64,000 nt of DNA, taken from Lama glama (taxonomy: Eukaryota). The position numbers were made by a program, and so were the translations under genes. Location: NCBI GenBank assembly GCA_028534125.1, contig CM052817.1, forward strand, positions 27,716,001 to 27,780,000, given 5' to 3'. This document shows positions 51,495-62,420 of this stretch, in pieces. Under the pieces are notes generated by a model that had not been told where the DNA came from, ran no database searches, and saw only the letters and a program-made list of their open reading frames with translations. The stretch's first letter is position 1, and each line of letters opens with the position of its first letter.

Positions 51495-52409
51495 CAGGGA
51501 TCTGCAAACTTTTTTTGTAAATATTTCATGTTTTCTGGGTTAGACAATCTCTGTCGTAACTACTCAGCTCCACTGCTACAGCCCCAAAGCAGCCACGTAC
51601 AATACTTAAAAAATGAGAATGGCTGTTGTATTGCTTTTATTGCTGTGTAATAAATCGCCACAAACCTAGTGGTTTAAAATGGCGAACACTTATCACCTTA
51701 CAGTTTCCATAGGTCAGGAGTCAGCTTAGCTGGGTCCTCTGCTCAGGGTCTCTCAAAGCTGCGATCAAGGTGTCGGTAAGGGCTGCAGTCTTATCTAAGG
51801 CTTGGGATCCTATTCCAAGATCAAGTGTGTTCTCAGAATTCATTTCCCTGCAGCTGTCTAACTCATGGTAGCTTACTGACAATGGACAAGCTGTGGACCT
51901 CATCTAACTCACCTCAGGAGGAAGCTCGGGGAAGACCTAAGCTATCTTTTAAGGGCTCACCTGATTAGGACAGGTCCACCCAGGATGGTCTGTGTTTGGT
52001 TACTTCAGACTCAACTGATTAAAGGTCTTAATTATATCCGTAAAGTCCCTTCACCTTTGCTATCTATGGTAACACAATCGTAGGAGTGATAGCTCATCAT
52101 ATTCGCAGGTCCCGCCCGCAGTTCATGGGAGGAGAGATTTCACAGGGCACGTATATGCCAGGAGTGGGAATACTGGGGACCATCTTAGAAGTCTGTCTAC
52201 CACGGCTGTGTTCAAGAAAACAACCAATGGACACTGAAATTGAGTCTCAGCCCATGTTTCACCTGTCACAAAAAATAATATTCTTTTTATTATGTTTTCA
52301 ACCCTTAAAAATGTAAAAGCCATTTCTGTGGCATGGAAAAAACAAAACCCAAGAAACAGGCAGCTGGCTGGCTTTGGCCTGTGGGCTATATATAGTTTGC
52401 CACCCCCTG
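51495..52409 (+). mobile_element. MER58B-like hAT-Charlie MITE split by an LTR
   Basis: cagggatctgcaaac start, tagtttgccaccccctg end; internal taactactcagctc and ggacactgaaatt. Confidence 0.85.
51627..52204 (-). mobile_element. MaLR solo LTR (MLT1E-like) with 5-bp TSD gctgt
   Basis: tgtattg...ccacaaacctagtggtttaaa...ggggaccatcttagaagtctgtctaccac; gctgt at 51622-51626 and 52205-52209. Confidence 0.88.
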
Positions 52410-52819
52410 AGATAATCTGTAAAATGGAGCCAGATAGCCCTGGTAGCTTAGTATGAAATGGTTCCCAGAGCCAGATGCTGCATCCAGGTGACATGGCTTC
52501 GCAATACGTGGAGCAATGCTGGAGTTTAAGGGTGACCTGCCGGGGTATGAGAAGTTCGATGCCTTTTCTCAGACGTTCTTCCCGTGACCCTTCAGGATCT
52601 AAGCCTGAGCAGACCGAAGACCAGAGCCAAGGCCCTAAGCTTATGTCCCAGACAAGGACCTGGGGAAACCCGAGAAGCTGGGCTCACCAAACACCCCGCA
52701 GCTGGCTATCACCCAGTTGCTTTGTGAAGGTGCCTCTTTTTATGTAAGCGGTAGCTTCTCTGCATTTTTCTGTTCAAGTGCTTATTTTCTTCAAGCCCCC
52801 ACTGGAAACCTCTGTGGGG

Positions 52820-54935
52820 CTACTACAGCTTCACATAGTCAGTCAAAGATCTATGTGCTGTTTAGTGTCACTGAAAATGTTATTCTGCCGGAATGGAGTT
52901 TATGGCCTGGGAAACAATAATTGCCTGTCATACTGCAAGGCACAGTCGTAGTTTCAGATACTTGGATTGTACATCTAGGCTAATTTTGATATTGTTCACA
53001 TCCAAATTTTCGTCTGCACAAACAAAAAGATTAACACCTGTGAATAACATTTTTGTTGCAGAAGCTCAAGAAAACTGCGATAGTACTGTGTGAAACATTA
53101 GATCTTAGAATCATGAGGTCCTGGCCTAGCCACAAATGCACTGACCAAATGTGTATGTGGTGCTCAGTGTGTGCCAAGCACTGTTCTAGGTATGATACAA
53201 ATACTAATTTACTTAATTCTCATACTAACCCTTTGGAGACAGTGTTATTAATTATTCTTGGTAAGGAAGCAAAGACACAGAGCACAGTTAAGTAGTAACT
53301 TGACCAGTATCTCATGACGAGTGAGTGGCTGAACTGGGATTTGGACCCCAGCAATTTCATTCCAGAGTCTGCTCTCTCAGCCACTCTCCTGTGCTACTTC
53401 TCCAGCGTATAATAGTAATTTTTAAATGTTTCTGGACTATGTTGATGCAATTTGTAATGTACAAATAATTAATAAGATACTTTAATGAAAATACTGAAAT
53501 TATTGTGAGAGTTCTTGAAGGTGACATCCTCCCAGGGGACTGAAGTGGCCAATGAAATGACCATCTTCTCTCCAAGTCTAAGCCTCAGCAGGCCGGTTGA
53601 TTAGCTTGTCAGCATGTCATCCAATATCTCCGATGCCAGCTTTGAGATTCTTTTCCGATAATGCCAATATCAGAATCTCACTAGGATCAGTTGCATGGCA
53701 CACATTTGCAACAATTGTATTAATAATTCATCAGATTTTTTCAATTGATGTAGAAGTTGTTATTGTAAAATTATTCAAAATTTGTTACATTTCTGTAATA
53801 TAAGAGAAGACACTGAAATAATCGTGTGATTTTATCAAAGACAAATTTGGTCCTATTCAAACATAAGATTTCTGATACAGATGCCTGTTCTCAGAAGAAT
53901 ACTAATAATGTTTCAACCATCACAGGCTTGATTTTTATCAGTTGAAAGAGTTCCATTGTCAAGACATTTTCCAAAGACCCTAAATCAAAACAATACCATT
54001 GCAATTTTCCATGACACTTTTTTCAGAATGGAGAGGCAGACTATTTCTCCATGTGAATTTCTGCATTTTAATTAGAATTGAAGAGAAAGATAAAAATGTG
54101 AATGGTTTAATTCTAAAAATAAAAGAATTTCATAAGAAAATTGCTAACAAGGTTAAATATTCATTGTGATGTAGATTTAGTGAAACTGATAAGGGAATGG
54201 GAATTAAATTCCCTTACCTTTAGAGAGGATATATTGAAAAGCCTTTAACGATTTTGCATTATTTGGAGGGAACAACAAAAACTTATTAAAAGGCCCCGAA
54301 AATAATGATTTGAAGAAAGCATGGAGTAATTCCTAGGATATTTCGTTTTCTATTACTATGAAGACTTTTCAAAATGAGATCCTAACCTCAAATTATTACT
54401 TGAATACCTGTTTTCTTTGTGGGAGCAGAAGAAAACAAAATTCTCTGGAAAGATTTTCATGGAAAAACATTAATACTTCAAGATTTCATACCACCTGGCA
54501 TGACTCCAGTTCATCAGATCATTTTTGCTAACAACTTTCAGGAATTACTAAAGTAATTGATATAAAATCTCTCTTGATAATCCAAATGAATTACTCAGAC
54601 TTAACAAGAGATGTTTGAAAAGATGAAGAATAAATTGTAACTTCACAAGTTAAATTCTACAAATGAGCATAAAAATGGAAAACCCTGCCATCAGCTTCAA
54701 TATGGATGATAAAGATGACAAAAATTGTATTAGCCCATCTGTAATTTTTTGCAGAATTTGGTATTCAGTCTCATGTACATTTGCTCTTGTCAATAAAAGG
54801 TGATGGGTTAAATGTGTAACTTATAGAATTTAATTTTTCTGATTTTGAGGCTTTCAAAAAATAACTTCACAAATAAGAAGCATGATTTGTCAGAACATGA
54901 ATTCAAGCTTGGGGCTTGTTGTAAATCTGGTCACC
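52820..54935 (+). mobile_element. Fossil autonomous hAT (Blackjack-type) DNA transposon with pseudogenised transposase
   Basis: Collinear transposase motifs across frameshifts: HTARHSRSFRYLDCTSRL..KFSSAQTK, LIRYFN..VRVLE..LPG, FSDNAN, SCMAHICNN, IDVEVVIVKLFK, YSNIRFL..MPVLRRILIMF, IKSLLIIQMNY; right end atctggtcacc. Confidence 0.85.
53140..53400 (-). mobile_element. MIR SINE nested in the transposase fossil
   Basis: gtgccaagcactgttctagg...ttaattctcatactaaccc...gtgagtggctgaactgggatttggaccc. Confidence 0.88.
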
Positions 54936-55009
54936 ACGTGAGTGTTCTGGACCAGAGAGAATGAAGCCAAGAAAGGATCACAGTGGATGGAAATGAAAGA
55001 AAAATGAAG

Positions 55010-55435
55010 TGTGAGTGATTTGAGGATTTATGGGACCGTTTTTCTGTCCAGAAGAAGAACATTGCCGGCATAAGATGACTTTTGATAAGGTGATAATCGC
55101 TTGCTATAATCAGACTCTTTAAGTACTGCGGCTTGAAACTACCGAGCACCAAGAAAGAGCTATTAGGCATTGTTAAAGCAATTGATCGCTTCCATCATTA
55201 TTTGTACGGCTGAAATTTCACAATCCGAACGTATCATGTTGCATTATGGGGCCTGCGGAAATTCACAAATTTGGAGGGACAAATTGGCTAGATGCTTACA
55301 AAACTGTAAGACTATCATTTCCGAATTGAATATCAACAGAGATTAAAAAAAGCCATCATAATGCACTTACATTACCTAGGCACCCCGTGTTTGGAGAATG
55401 CTTGTAAATCTGACATGAGGCATGAAGAAAAGAGA
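55010..55435 (+). pseudogene. Ty3/Gypsy pol RNase H fossil
   Basis: 55145-55282 reads STKKELLGIVKAIDRFHHYLYG*NFTIRTYHVALWGLRKFTNLEGQ, then after shifts LARCL, L*DYHFRIEY, HNALTLPR, PCLENACK. Confidence 0.88.
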
Positions 55436-55539
55436 CACATAGTCTAAAAGATCTGGTAGGTAGTGTTTTGGAACAAGCAAAGGTTCCAGGCTTGGAGGCT
55501 GGAAAACACTCCTATTTCCTGAATAGAAAGTTATGAAAT

Positions 55540-55640
55540 AGTTCATTCATTTGTCCAACAAATATTTATTGAGTGTGTGCTATGCACCAGGCACCATTCC
55601 AGGCATGAGAAATACACTAGTGAGAAAGACGAATCGTGGG
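55540..55640 (-). mobile_element. L2 3' end
   Basis: ttcattcatttgtccaacaaatatttattgagtg...ccaggcaccattcc. Confidence 0.8.
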
Positions 55641-57559
55641 GCTAAGGGCCCAGCAAAACCGGAGAGTGACATAAAAATACTATCGTGTGAAAGCTGATTG
55701 ACTCCGTAAATAAGAAACGTAGACTTTACGAACTTTATGTATTGTCCCCAATAAATACTACTGGATGTCATGTAAATATAGTCAAACTTCTAATTAAATT
55801 TCTTTTGCATGAAAGTTATATTTGACTGAGTAATACAGGTTATGGCAGAGAATTGCATTTGCTTCTTTTTAAAAATGTAACATTTAACCATTGCACAATC
55901 TCAGAATTCCGTTTATCTAGTTTTTCATGAGAATTTTAGGCCTTTATTCATGGTCAACCAAGTTAAAACAGATTTGCAAAAAAGCAGGTTTAGTATATAT
56001 AATCTAGAAAAAAAATTCCAATTTTGAAGAAAACACAAACTCCATACAGTTCCACTGTATTCTTTCTTAGAGTTCGAAGTGTTTCCAAGGATTCCACACA
56101 TTTAAAAAATATTTCTAATGTCCTGAGTTTTAGATGTTTGCATTATTTCTCAGATGTCTCAGGGAAATATTCTGATAGTTTTCTATAAAGGACTAGTCCT
56201 GAAAAACAAATAAAAATTTCCAAGCATTTTACACAGTGCTTGGCACATAATAAGAATACATTTAATCTTCATAGACAAGAGCAAGCAAACTGGGGATGAC
56301 AAGTTAGCATCACAATAGTTAGATAGTGGGGTAGATCCCAGTTTTCTGGAATTTGAAGCCTATACAATTGGGGGGTGGGTCCCTCGGATCCTCCACTTAA
56401 ATTATACCTGTTTGACAATTAGAAGAATTCCCGCAGACTAGCTGTATTTTAAATCTTGTTTTTCCTCCATCAACCATGATCTACCAGCTTTGGATGCCAT
56501 AGGACAGGTTTACACCCCATTTCTACCTCTGACCCTGTACTTTCATGTCCTGACACTAGGGGAGCCAGCATGGGGTAGGGGCAGGGATGAGAAGGGGTCA
56601 AGTGGCCTTCTAATTTTAGATGGACCAGTTTATTCCTATGTTTCCAGACTTGGGGCCAAGTACCAGTGTTTGGGTTCCATAGCATTCAGATGGCTGCCTG
56701 TGAATGGCACCACCTGCTCTAAGACTAGCTCCCTTCCCCAGGCCTGCTCACTGGCCAAGAAGACTTTACCAATGGGTCACACCTGATACTGACACCAGTT
56801 TGCATGATGGTGCAGTAGAAGGCATCCTTCAAGTCCTTTTTGCTTGTAGCTTATCATTAAAGCGGGATCAGAACCTGTATGGCATGACCTTGACGCGGAC
56901 TCACACATGAGAAGGAAGCTGTCAGGGGTCTGTCATCCTAAAACATCCCCCACCCCAGCTCTGCTGTCATATCCTGAAACCTCTGGCCCAGACCTGCCAA
57001 TTCTCTCCCTGTGAGGGCTGGATCCTACTACCCATCTTCCAGTCCCTGACTGGGGTCTTGTTCCATCCTGAATGCACAGCCTAAACTTTACGAAACTGTC
57101 ACCCTCTTGCCCAGAGACTCTGCCCGCTCATCCCAACCTCCTGATCCATCCAGAACAGGTGAAGCCTGAGTTTTCTGCCATCTTGGGCACTAAGATCAAA
57201 TGGAGCCTTTTCCCTCCCCCATAGACAGCACCCCTATGGCTGACCTTGCCACCCAAGCTTGGGCACTGCCCTTCTCTCCCTCCCTGGGCACTGTGAGGTT
57301 TCAGGATCCCTGGTGGTCAGGATTGGGTGGGTTGTCACTGGCTTCCTGGAGGATCCCCTAACTGCTCTCCTCACACACAGCCCCAAGGCTGGCACTGAGA
57401 AAAATGACACAAGACCACCTGGACCAAGAATGCAGTTTGATTCTCTTGGATCCATCCTTTCCTCCTGACAGTAAGTAACAGGGGCTACTTGCTTGTTACT
57501 TTCTGCGTTGCTCTGCCTGGATTCTACGGGGAAAAGCGTGCCCTCATCCTGCATGCTAG

Positions 57560-57882
57560 GCTTCTGTCTTGCATCTTTTTTCTCTGCCTGGGGTCCACTT
57601 CGTCCCCTTCTTCATCTGGCTAGTCCTCATCCTTCAAAACACTCCTTATCCATCACTTCTTCAAGAAACCCTCTCCTGACACCACCAAAATCTGAATCAG
57701 GTCCCACCCTGCCAGCTTCTGCCACGACTCTTCACCCACTGCCTTGAAACTGGCTGCCTGTACTTCTGAGTTCCCAGCAAGTTGGTGGCATCCTGAAGAG
57801 AGAACTACATCTTTTACCTTTATGTTTCGTTGCCTAGTGCCTAGTAAATATGCAGTAGATGTTTGTTGAATGAATGAATGAG
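57560..57882 (+). mobile_element. L2 3' region
   Basis: ctcatccttcaaaac...; ends gtttgttgaatgaatgaatg. Confidence 0.75.
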
Positions 57883-59611
57883 ATGTATTGACTTTTTGGG
57901 CACCAAATCATTGCAGACCCCAGTGATCTCAAATCCATCATCATATTCTGCAGAAACTGATTGAATATTGATCCCTTGTCATTGCTTCAAGTTTTAAAGA
58001 AAGACCTTTTGAAAATATAATGTGCAGCTGTAAAACAACAAAACTGATTCTTCCAGCCACACATTAATATCAGTCTCATTATTTTGTAATCATCCTTCTT
58101 AAGTGACTAAGAAAATCTGAAATGATTGAGTTGCAGTCAGATTTGAACCCATGCTTCAAGAATCGTAACTTTGCCTCATATAAAACTAATGGTTTCGACT
58201 GACATTGTTGGGAAGACTCAGGCTAGTCTGGAGAAGATTTACAAGTAGGATTTGATTTCATTTCTATCACAGCTTTGCCTGGTTTGTTCCTATGTCCTAA
58301 TCTTCAGATTCCCATAGTCAGTGAAATCTATACCTGTGTCCTTGGAGACACTCATCGGTGATATAAATCTGCCGCACGTGGAAGACTCCATGCAACTTAC
58401 TCGATTCCACAAAGCTCGCTGAATACTTGCTGCTCACGTTGTGCCATTATTGCGATACTGTCACGAAGTCCGGATACTTGTATACAGTACTTTTTGTTTT
58501 CTATTCTTCCTTTTCTTAATTCAACAAACATGGTAAAACTTTCATATAAGTTCATAAGGCACTGCTCTAAATGCCCTGGGAGGAGAAGAAAAGGATCAAT
58601 ATGTTCCTGATTTCAGAAATATTATAGTTTAGTTTGGGAGATAACATGCACAGTCATAACATGTTTAACATCAACACTGAAGAGTAATAGAAACAGGAAC
58701 TGATAATATAAGAAACATCCTATGATTAAGTCCCATCTGTCCTGGCTCTCCCTGGCTTTTGGGGTTCACGCTTACAGCAAGCCAGGTTGTGCTAGAAAGA
58801 CGGCGGTTTCAGACACAGGCTGGTGTTTGAAAACAGGGGCAAGTTACTGGCTTCAGTTGCTTCACCTGTATCAGGTTTGCGTAGAATTATTGGAAAGAGT
58901 AAACGTGGAAAAAGCGTGTAAACTCTCAGCTCCTAGTCCTTTTCTTCCTCTTTGCCTCGAGCCTTGTAGAGGAGGAAAGTCATCCTGTGTGCCTTCCTCT
59001 CCACTCCACCGTCTGGGAAGGGAATGCCCTCAGTGGGGTTAGGGGATGACAGTGTCACGGGCGAGCAGAGCAGCTCCGACAGCCCCTCACAGGGCAGGCA
59101 GAGGAAGCAGCAAGGCCCGACTCTCTGGTGGAGGTCTGGAGAGATTTTTCCTTTGTTTTCTAGTCGTGACTGAGAGCTGAGAACAAGAGGAACTAAGTGT
59201 AGCCTGATAAAGAAAGTTCCCAGCAGTCCAGGTGCCAGCCACGCCTCCCCCGGGCTGACAAGTGGCCGTAGCCCCAGCCCCAGCACAGCCAGCCACCAGC
59301 CACCAGCCATCCTCCCGGAAGCACGCACAGGGGTGGAGGGGGTGAGACAGTGGCCAGATTCTTCAGTCTGTACAGTGTGCTGTTGGCACCAAGAAGGTTT
59401 CCACTCTTCTCTGTGGGAAACAGAGGGGGACTTTCACCCACCCCAGGCCTAACTGGCGGCAGGGGGCTTCGATAGACTCTTGTAGAGATTGGGGGTGTCT
59501 GCACTGAAGAGGGAAAGGCATCTCGCTGCCCCGCTGAGCCGTCATTGCCTGTCCTGGAGCTGCTACAGAGCAGAATGGGATGTGTTGAAGGAGTCCTCAG
59601 GGGAAGCTGAA

Positions 59612-60375
59612 GGTGAGCGTTGTATTCAAATATGCAAATTAGCGCCACTCTCTTCACAAAGTAGGGAGAGCCTGAGTAGCCCCGGGAAGGAAAGGATGAA
59701 GGCAAACCCACGCATTCCCAGACGCCCCTGGAGGGGATGGAGGAAATGGAGCAGGACTGCAGTGGTTCCCGTAGTTCCCAGGAAGGGGCGGGAAGTTGGA
59801 GGAGCAGCCAGAGGCACAGAGTGGCCCTGGTGGCTCCGGGGCCCAGCCAGACCGTGTCTAACTCAGAGAACTGGCTGGAGGCCTGATTCCTGGTGGAGCC
59901 AGGAGTCATGACTGCATCTTGGAGGTAGTCCTAGAGATAGAGATGCTGGGGAGAATCTGAACAGCACCCCAAGAAAACCACTTCCATCAGCTATGCGGGA
60001 AACTACTGTATGAAACCAGACCAAATCAGAACAAGGGCTGAGAGTCTCCCTGCTTTGGCATCACTGTCCCGCCAGGGAAGCCAGCTTTGAGGGCGAGGGG
60101 GCTGGCAATGTTTCAGACCAGGCCAGCACCCTGATGCTCTCTCCCAGCCTGCGCTGGAAGAAAGGGCAAGAAGTGGGATTTAAAGCACCTTTGAGATAAG
60201 CCTGTAACTGGACTGGGCTTTTAATAATCAAAAATAATTGTAAGTTATAAAGTCTGCCCAAGACATCAGTGAGGAACAAGGAAGGGGATCTGATGTGGCA
60301 CAGCTGGAAGTAGTGACGGGAGGAAATGAAATGATTTGCTATTTATACCACTGCTGAGAGCCCTTAACCAACTTC
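59612..60375 (+). mobile_element. Ancient Gypsy-class LTR (LTR85/LTR88-like)
   Basis: Start gtattcaaatatgcaaatta...ctcttcacaaagtagggag and end tctgcccaagacatc...gaaggggatctg...tttataccactgctgag resemble the consensus as I recall it. Confidence 0.6.
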
Positions 60376-60599
60376 AGGCCCACCCAGGGACACACGTGAG
60401 CAGAGATGCTCATCTTCAGGAAACCAGACTCGGACAGGAGCTCATCGACAGGAACAGTGCTGGTGCCTGCCTCTCCTCCCCGCATCCCACCGTCTTCTCG
60501 AAGTAAGACTCCCTACAACCCAAGCCGGAACAAGAACCTCCAGTTTAGGAAGACGAGGCCTTATATCAAATTAAACTGAGTTAAAAAGGGCTGCCTGCC

Positions 60600-60780
60600 T
60601 AGAGCCCGAATCCTGTGTCCTATTGGTTAATTTTTTCAATCTCAGCTTCTCCACCTATAAACTGAGGATGATTAAAAAACCTGCCTTTGAAGATTCTTTG
60701 GAGTTGCTTTGAAAAGAAAATGAGTTTATGATTATAAAGCACTTAAAATAGTGCCTTGCATGCAGTAAGCATTAAATACA
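60600..60780 (+). mobile_element. MIR SINE
   Basis: tctcagcttctccacctataaactgaggatgat...taaagcacttaaaatagtgccttgca. Confidence 0.8.
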
Positions 60781-60867
60781 TATATATGTTTTTTTGAATA
60801 AATAGAAATACAAAGCAATGGGATGTTTCTGGCCTGTCCAAATTCATGAAGTGAAAATTATGCCTCA

Positions 60868-61085
60868 ACTTCCAGTTTCTGGCTTGGCATGTAACAGCTT
60901 AGAAGTCCCCACTCCGTACTAACAAATGAAAAACTAAACAAACTGGAAATTAACAGCTCTTCTTAGATCTGTCAGAGAAGTGAGGTCACAGGGCAAGCCA
61001 CTGTCCCCAAAATCGGAGAGACAGACGGATACGGAAAGTCCTACAACGTAACCCGAGCAGGAACCCACAAACGGAAAATTCTGCA
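60868..61085 (+). mobile_element. Old L1 5' end fragment (L1M4-like)
   Basis: acttccagtttc...tcttcttagatctgtcagagaagtgaggtcacagggcaa. Confidence 0.6.
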
Positions 61086-61923
61086 AGAAGTTAGGTAACC
61101 TGCATTTAGTAAGTAGCAGAGGTTCATTCTGAACCCAGGCTGTCTCTCTGCATAGCACATTTTACTCATGTAAAGAACATGTATTATGTGCATACGTGCC
61201 AAGCTCTTCGATACAAAACAGATTAAGTGGTTATGCTCTTATTTTGCCTGTGTGGTTGGTGACCTTGATGTCTGTCTGGGGAAATGCTGGAGAAGCTGTG
61301 TTTAGGAAGACACATCCCCGGGATAAATAAGAAAAGCAAGTGGAGATACTGGCCACGTGCTCCCATCTCTTACTGGTGAGGTCGGCCTGATTCCCAGGGC
61401 TGCAAATACACAAGCTGATGTCCTTGTACAAGAGGCCTCTCCCTTCTGCTTGTCTCACCTAACCTGGAAGTCATGGCTATAAGGAGAAAATGAGCCTCTG
61501 CCCTGAAGAAGCCAAGATAACCTTGAATGGAATAAATGATTGTGCATATTGACGGGTCAATTTGAGAGTGTATTGATTCCTGGTAGCTGGTGCCTGGATT
61601 CTTAGCTCATATAATAGGTGGTAGGGGTTACTTATAAATAAGGCTACAGAATTGTTTTTAAAAAAGCCAATAAGCCCTTGGGGGATCTTTTTATTTTTGT
61701 TTATAAATACTCAACAGATGGAGAATGCAGCATGGCCTATGGCTTTGTGGTTATTGATTTACAGGCATAATTAACAGAGCCTCAAAACCTATAGGTGGCT
61801 ATGGAGACAGCCCTGAACAGAGAGCAAACGTGATTCCCTTTTGGGAAATTGATAATGCAAAGAGGAGTTCTCTGAACGGGGGTGCCTATTGGAAAGGAAC
61901 ACTGTTGATTTTTCTTCCTAAAG

Positions 61924-61993
61924 GAGAGTGGTACAGTCCTGAAAGAATCTACCTCACTCAAAACTGGATCAAGTGCAAAAACCAGGGTCAAGA
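61924..61993 (+). other. Candidate 70-nt exon, host gene unidentified
   Basis: Acceptor ttgatttttcttcctaaag, donor aga|gtgagt; two open frames. Confidence 0.25.
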
Positions 61994-62249
61994 GTGAGTA
62001 TGACAAGCTCTGGGATACTGCCTTTATTTCCACTCAATCATCTGCAAATGTTAAGTCACTTGCAGTTATTTAATGTCTGGCCCTCTCAAAATAGCCTTCC
62101 AAGATCTCCCTTCTTTGCTTCCATCACAGTCATGTCATGAGGGAGATAGAAAAGTCATATTCTTGGCTATGAATGAAAGCAGAATGAGGCTGAGGGTCCA
62201 CTGGTGAATTCCAGGGGAATGGACACTTAGTAATATTGCAGTTGGAACA

Positions 62250-62420
62250 TCTGTTCATCTGTCCATCCACCCATCATCCATCCATCTGTTCATCCATTAT
62301 ACATTTACTGGGTACAAGACATTGTGTTTATGTATGAGGATACATAGATAAACAGAACACAGGTATCTGGCTCAAGAGCTTACAGTCTTGTAGGGAAGAA
62401 GGGGAGACAGCTATGCAAGC
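62250..62420 (-). mobile_element. L2 3' end with (tcca)n-like tail
   Basis: catccatccatc...acatttactgggtacaag...ctcaagagcttacagtct. Confidence 0.7.

Noticed and set aside
52529..52537. agggtgacc as the left TIR of the Blackjack-type element
   Set aside because: Only a 7-bp inverted match to the right end, no matching 8-bp TSD, and little room for the transposase N-terminus. Kept as unproven.
59193..59909. Longest ORF (238 aa, minus strand)
   Set aside because: No recognisable domain; it overlaps GC-rich LTR-like sequence where stops are rare by composition.
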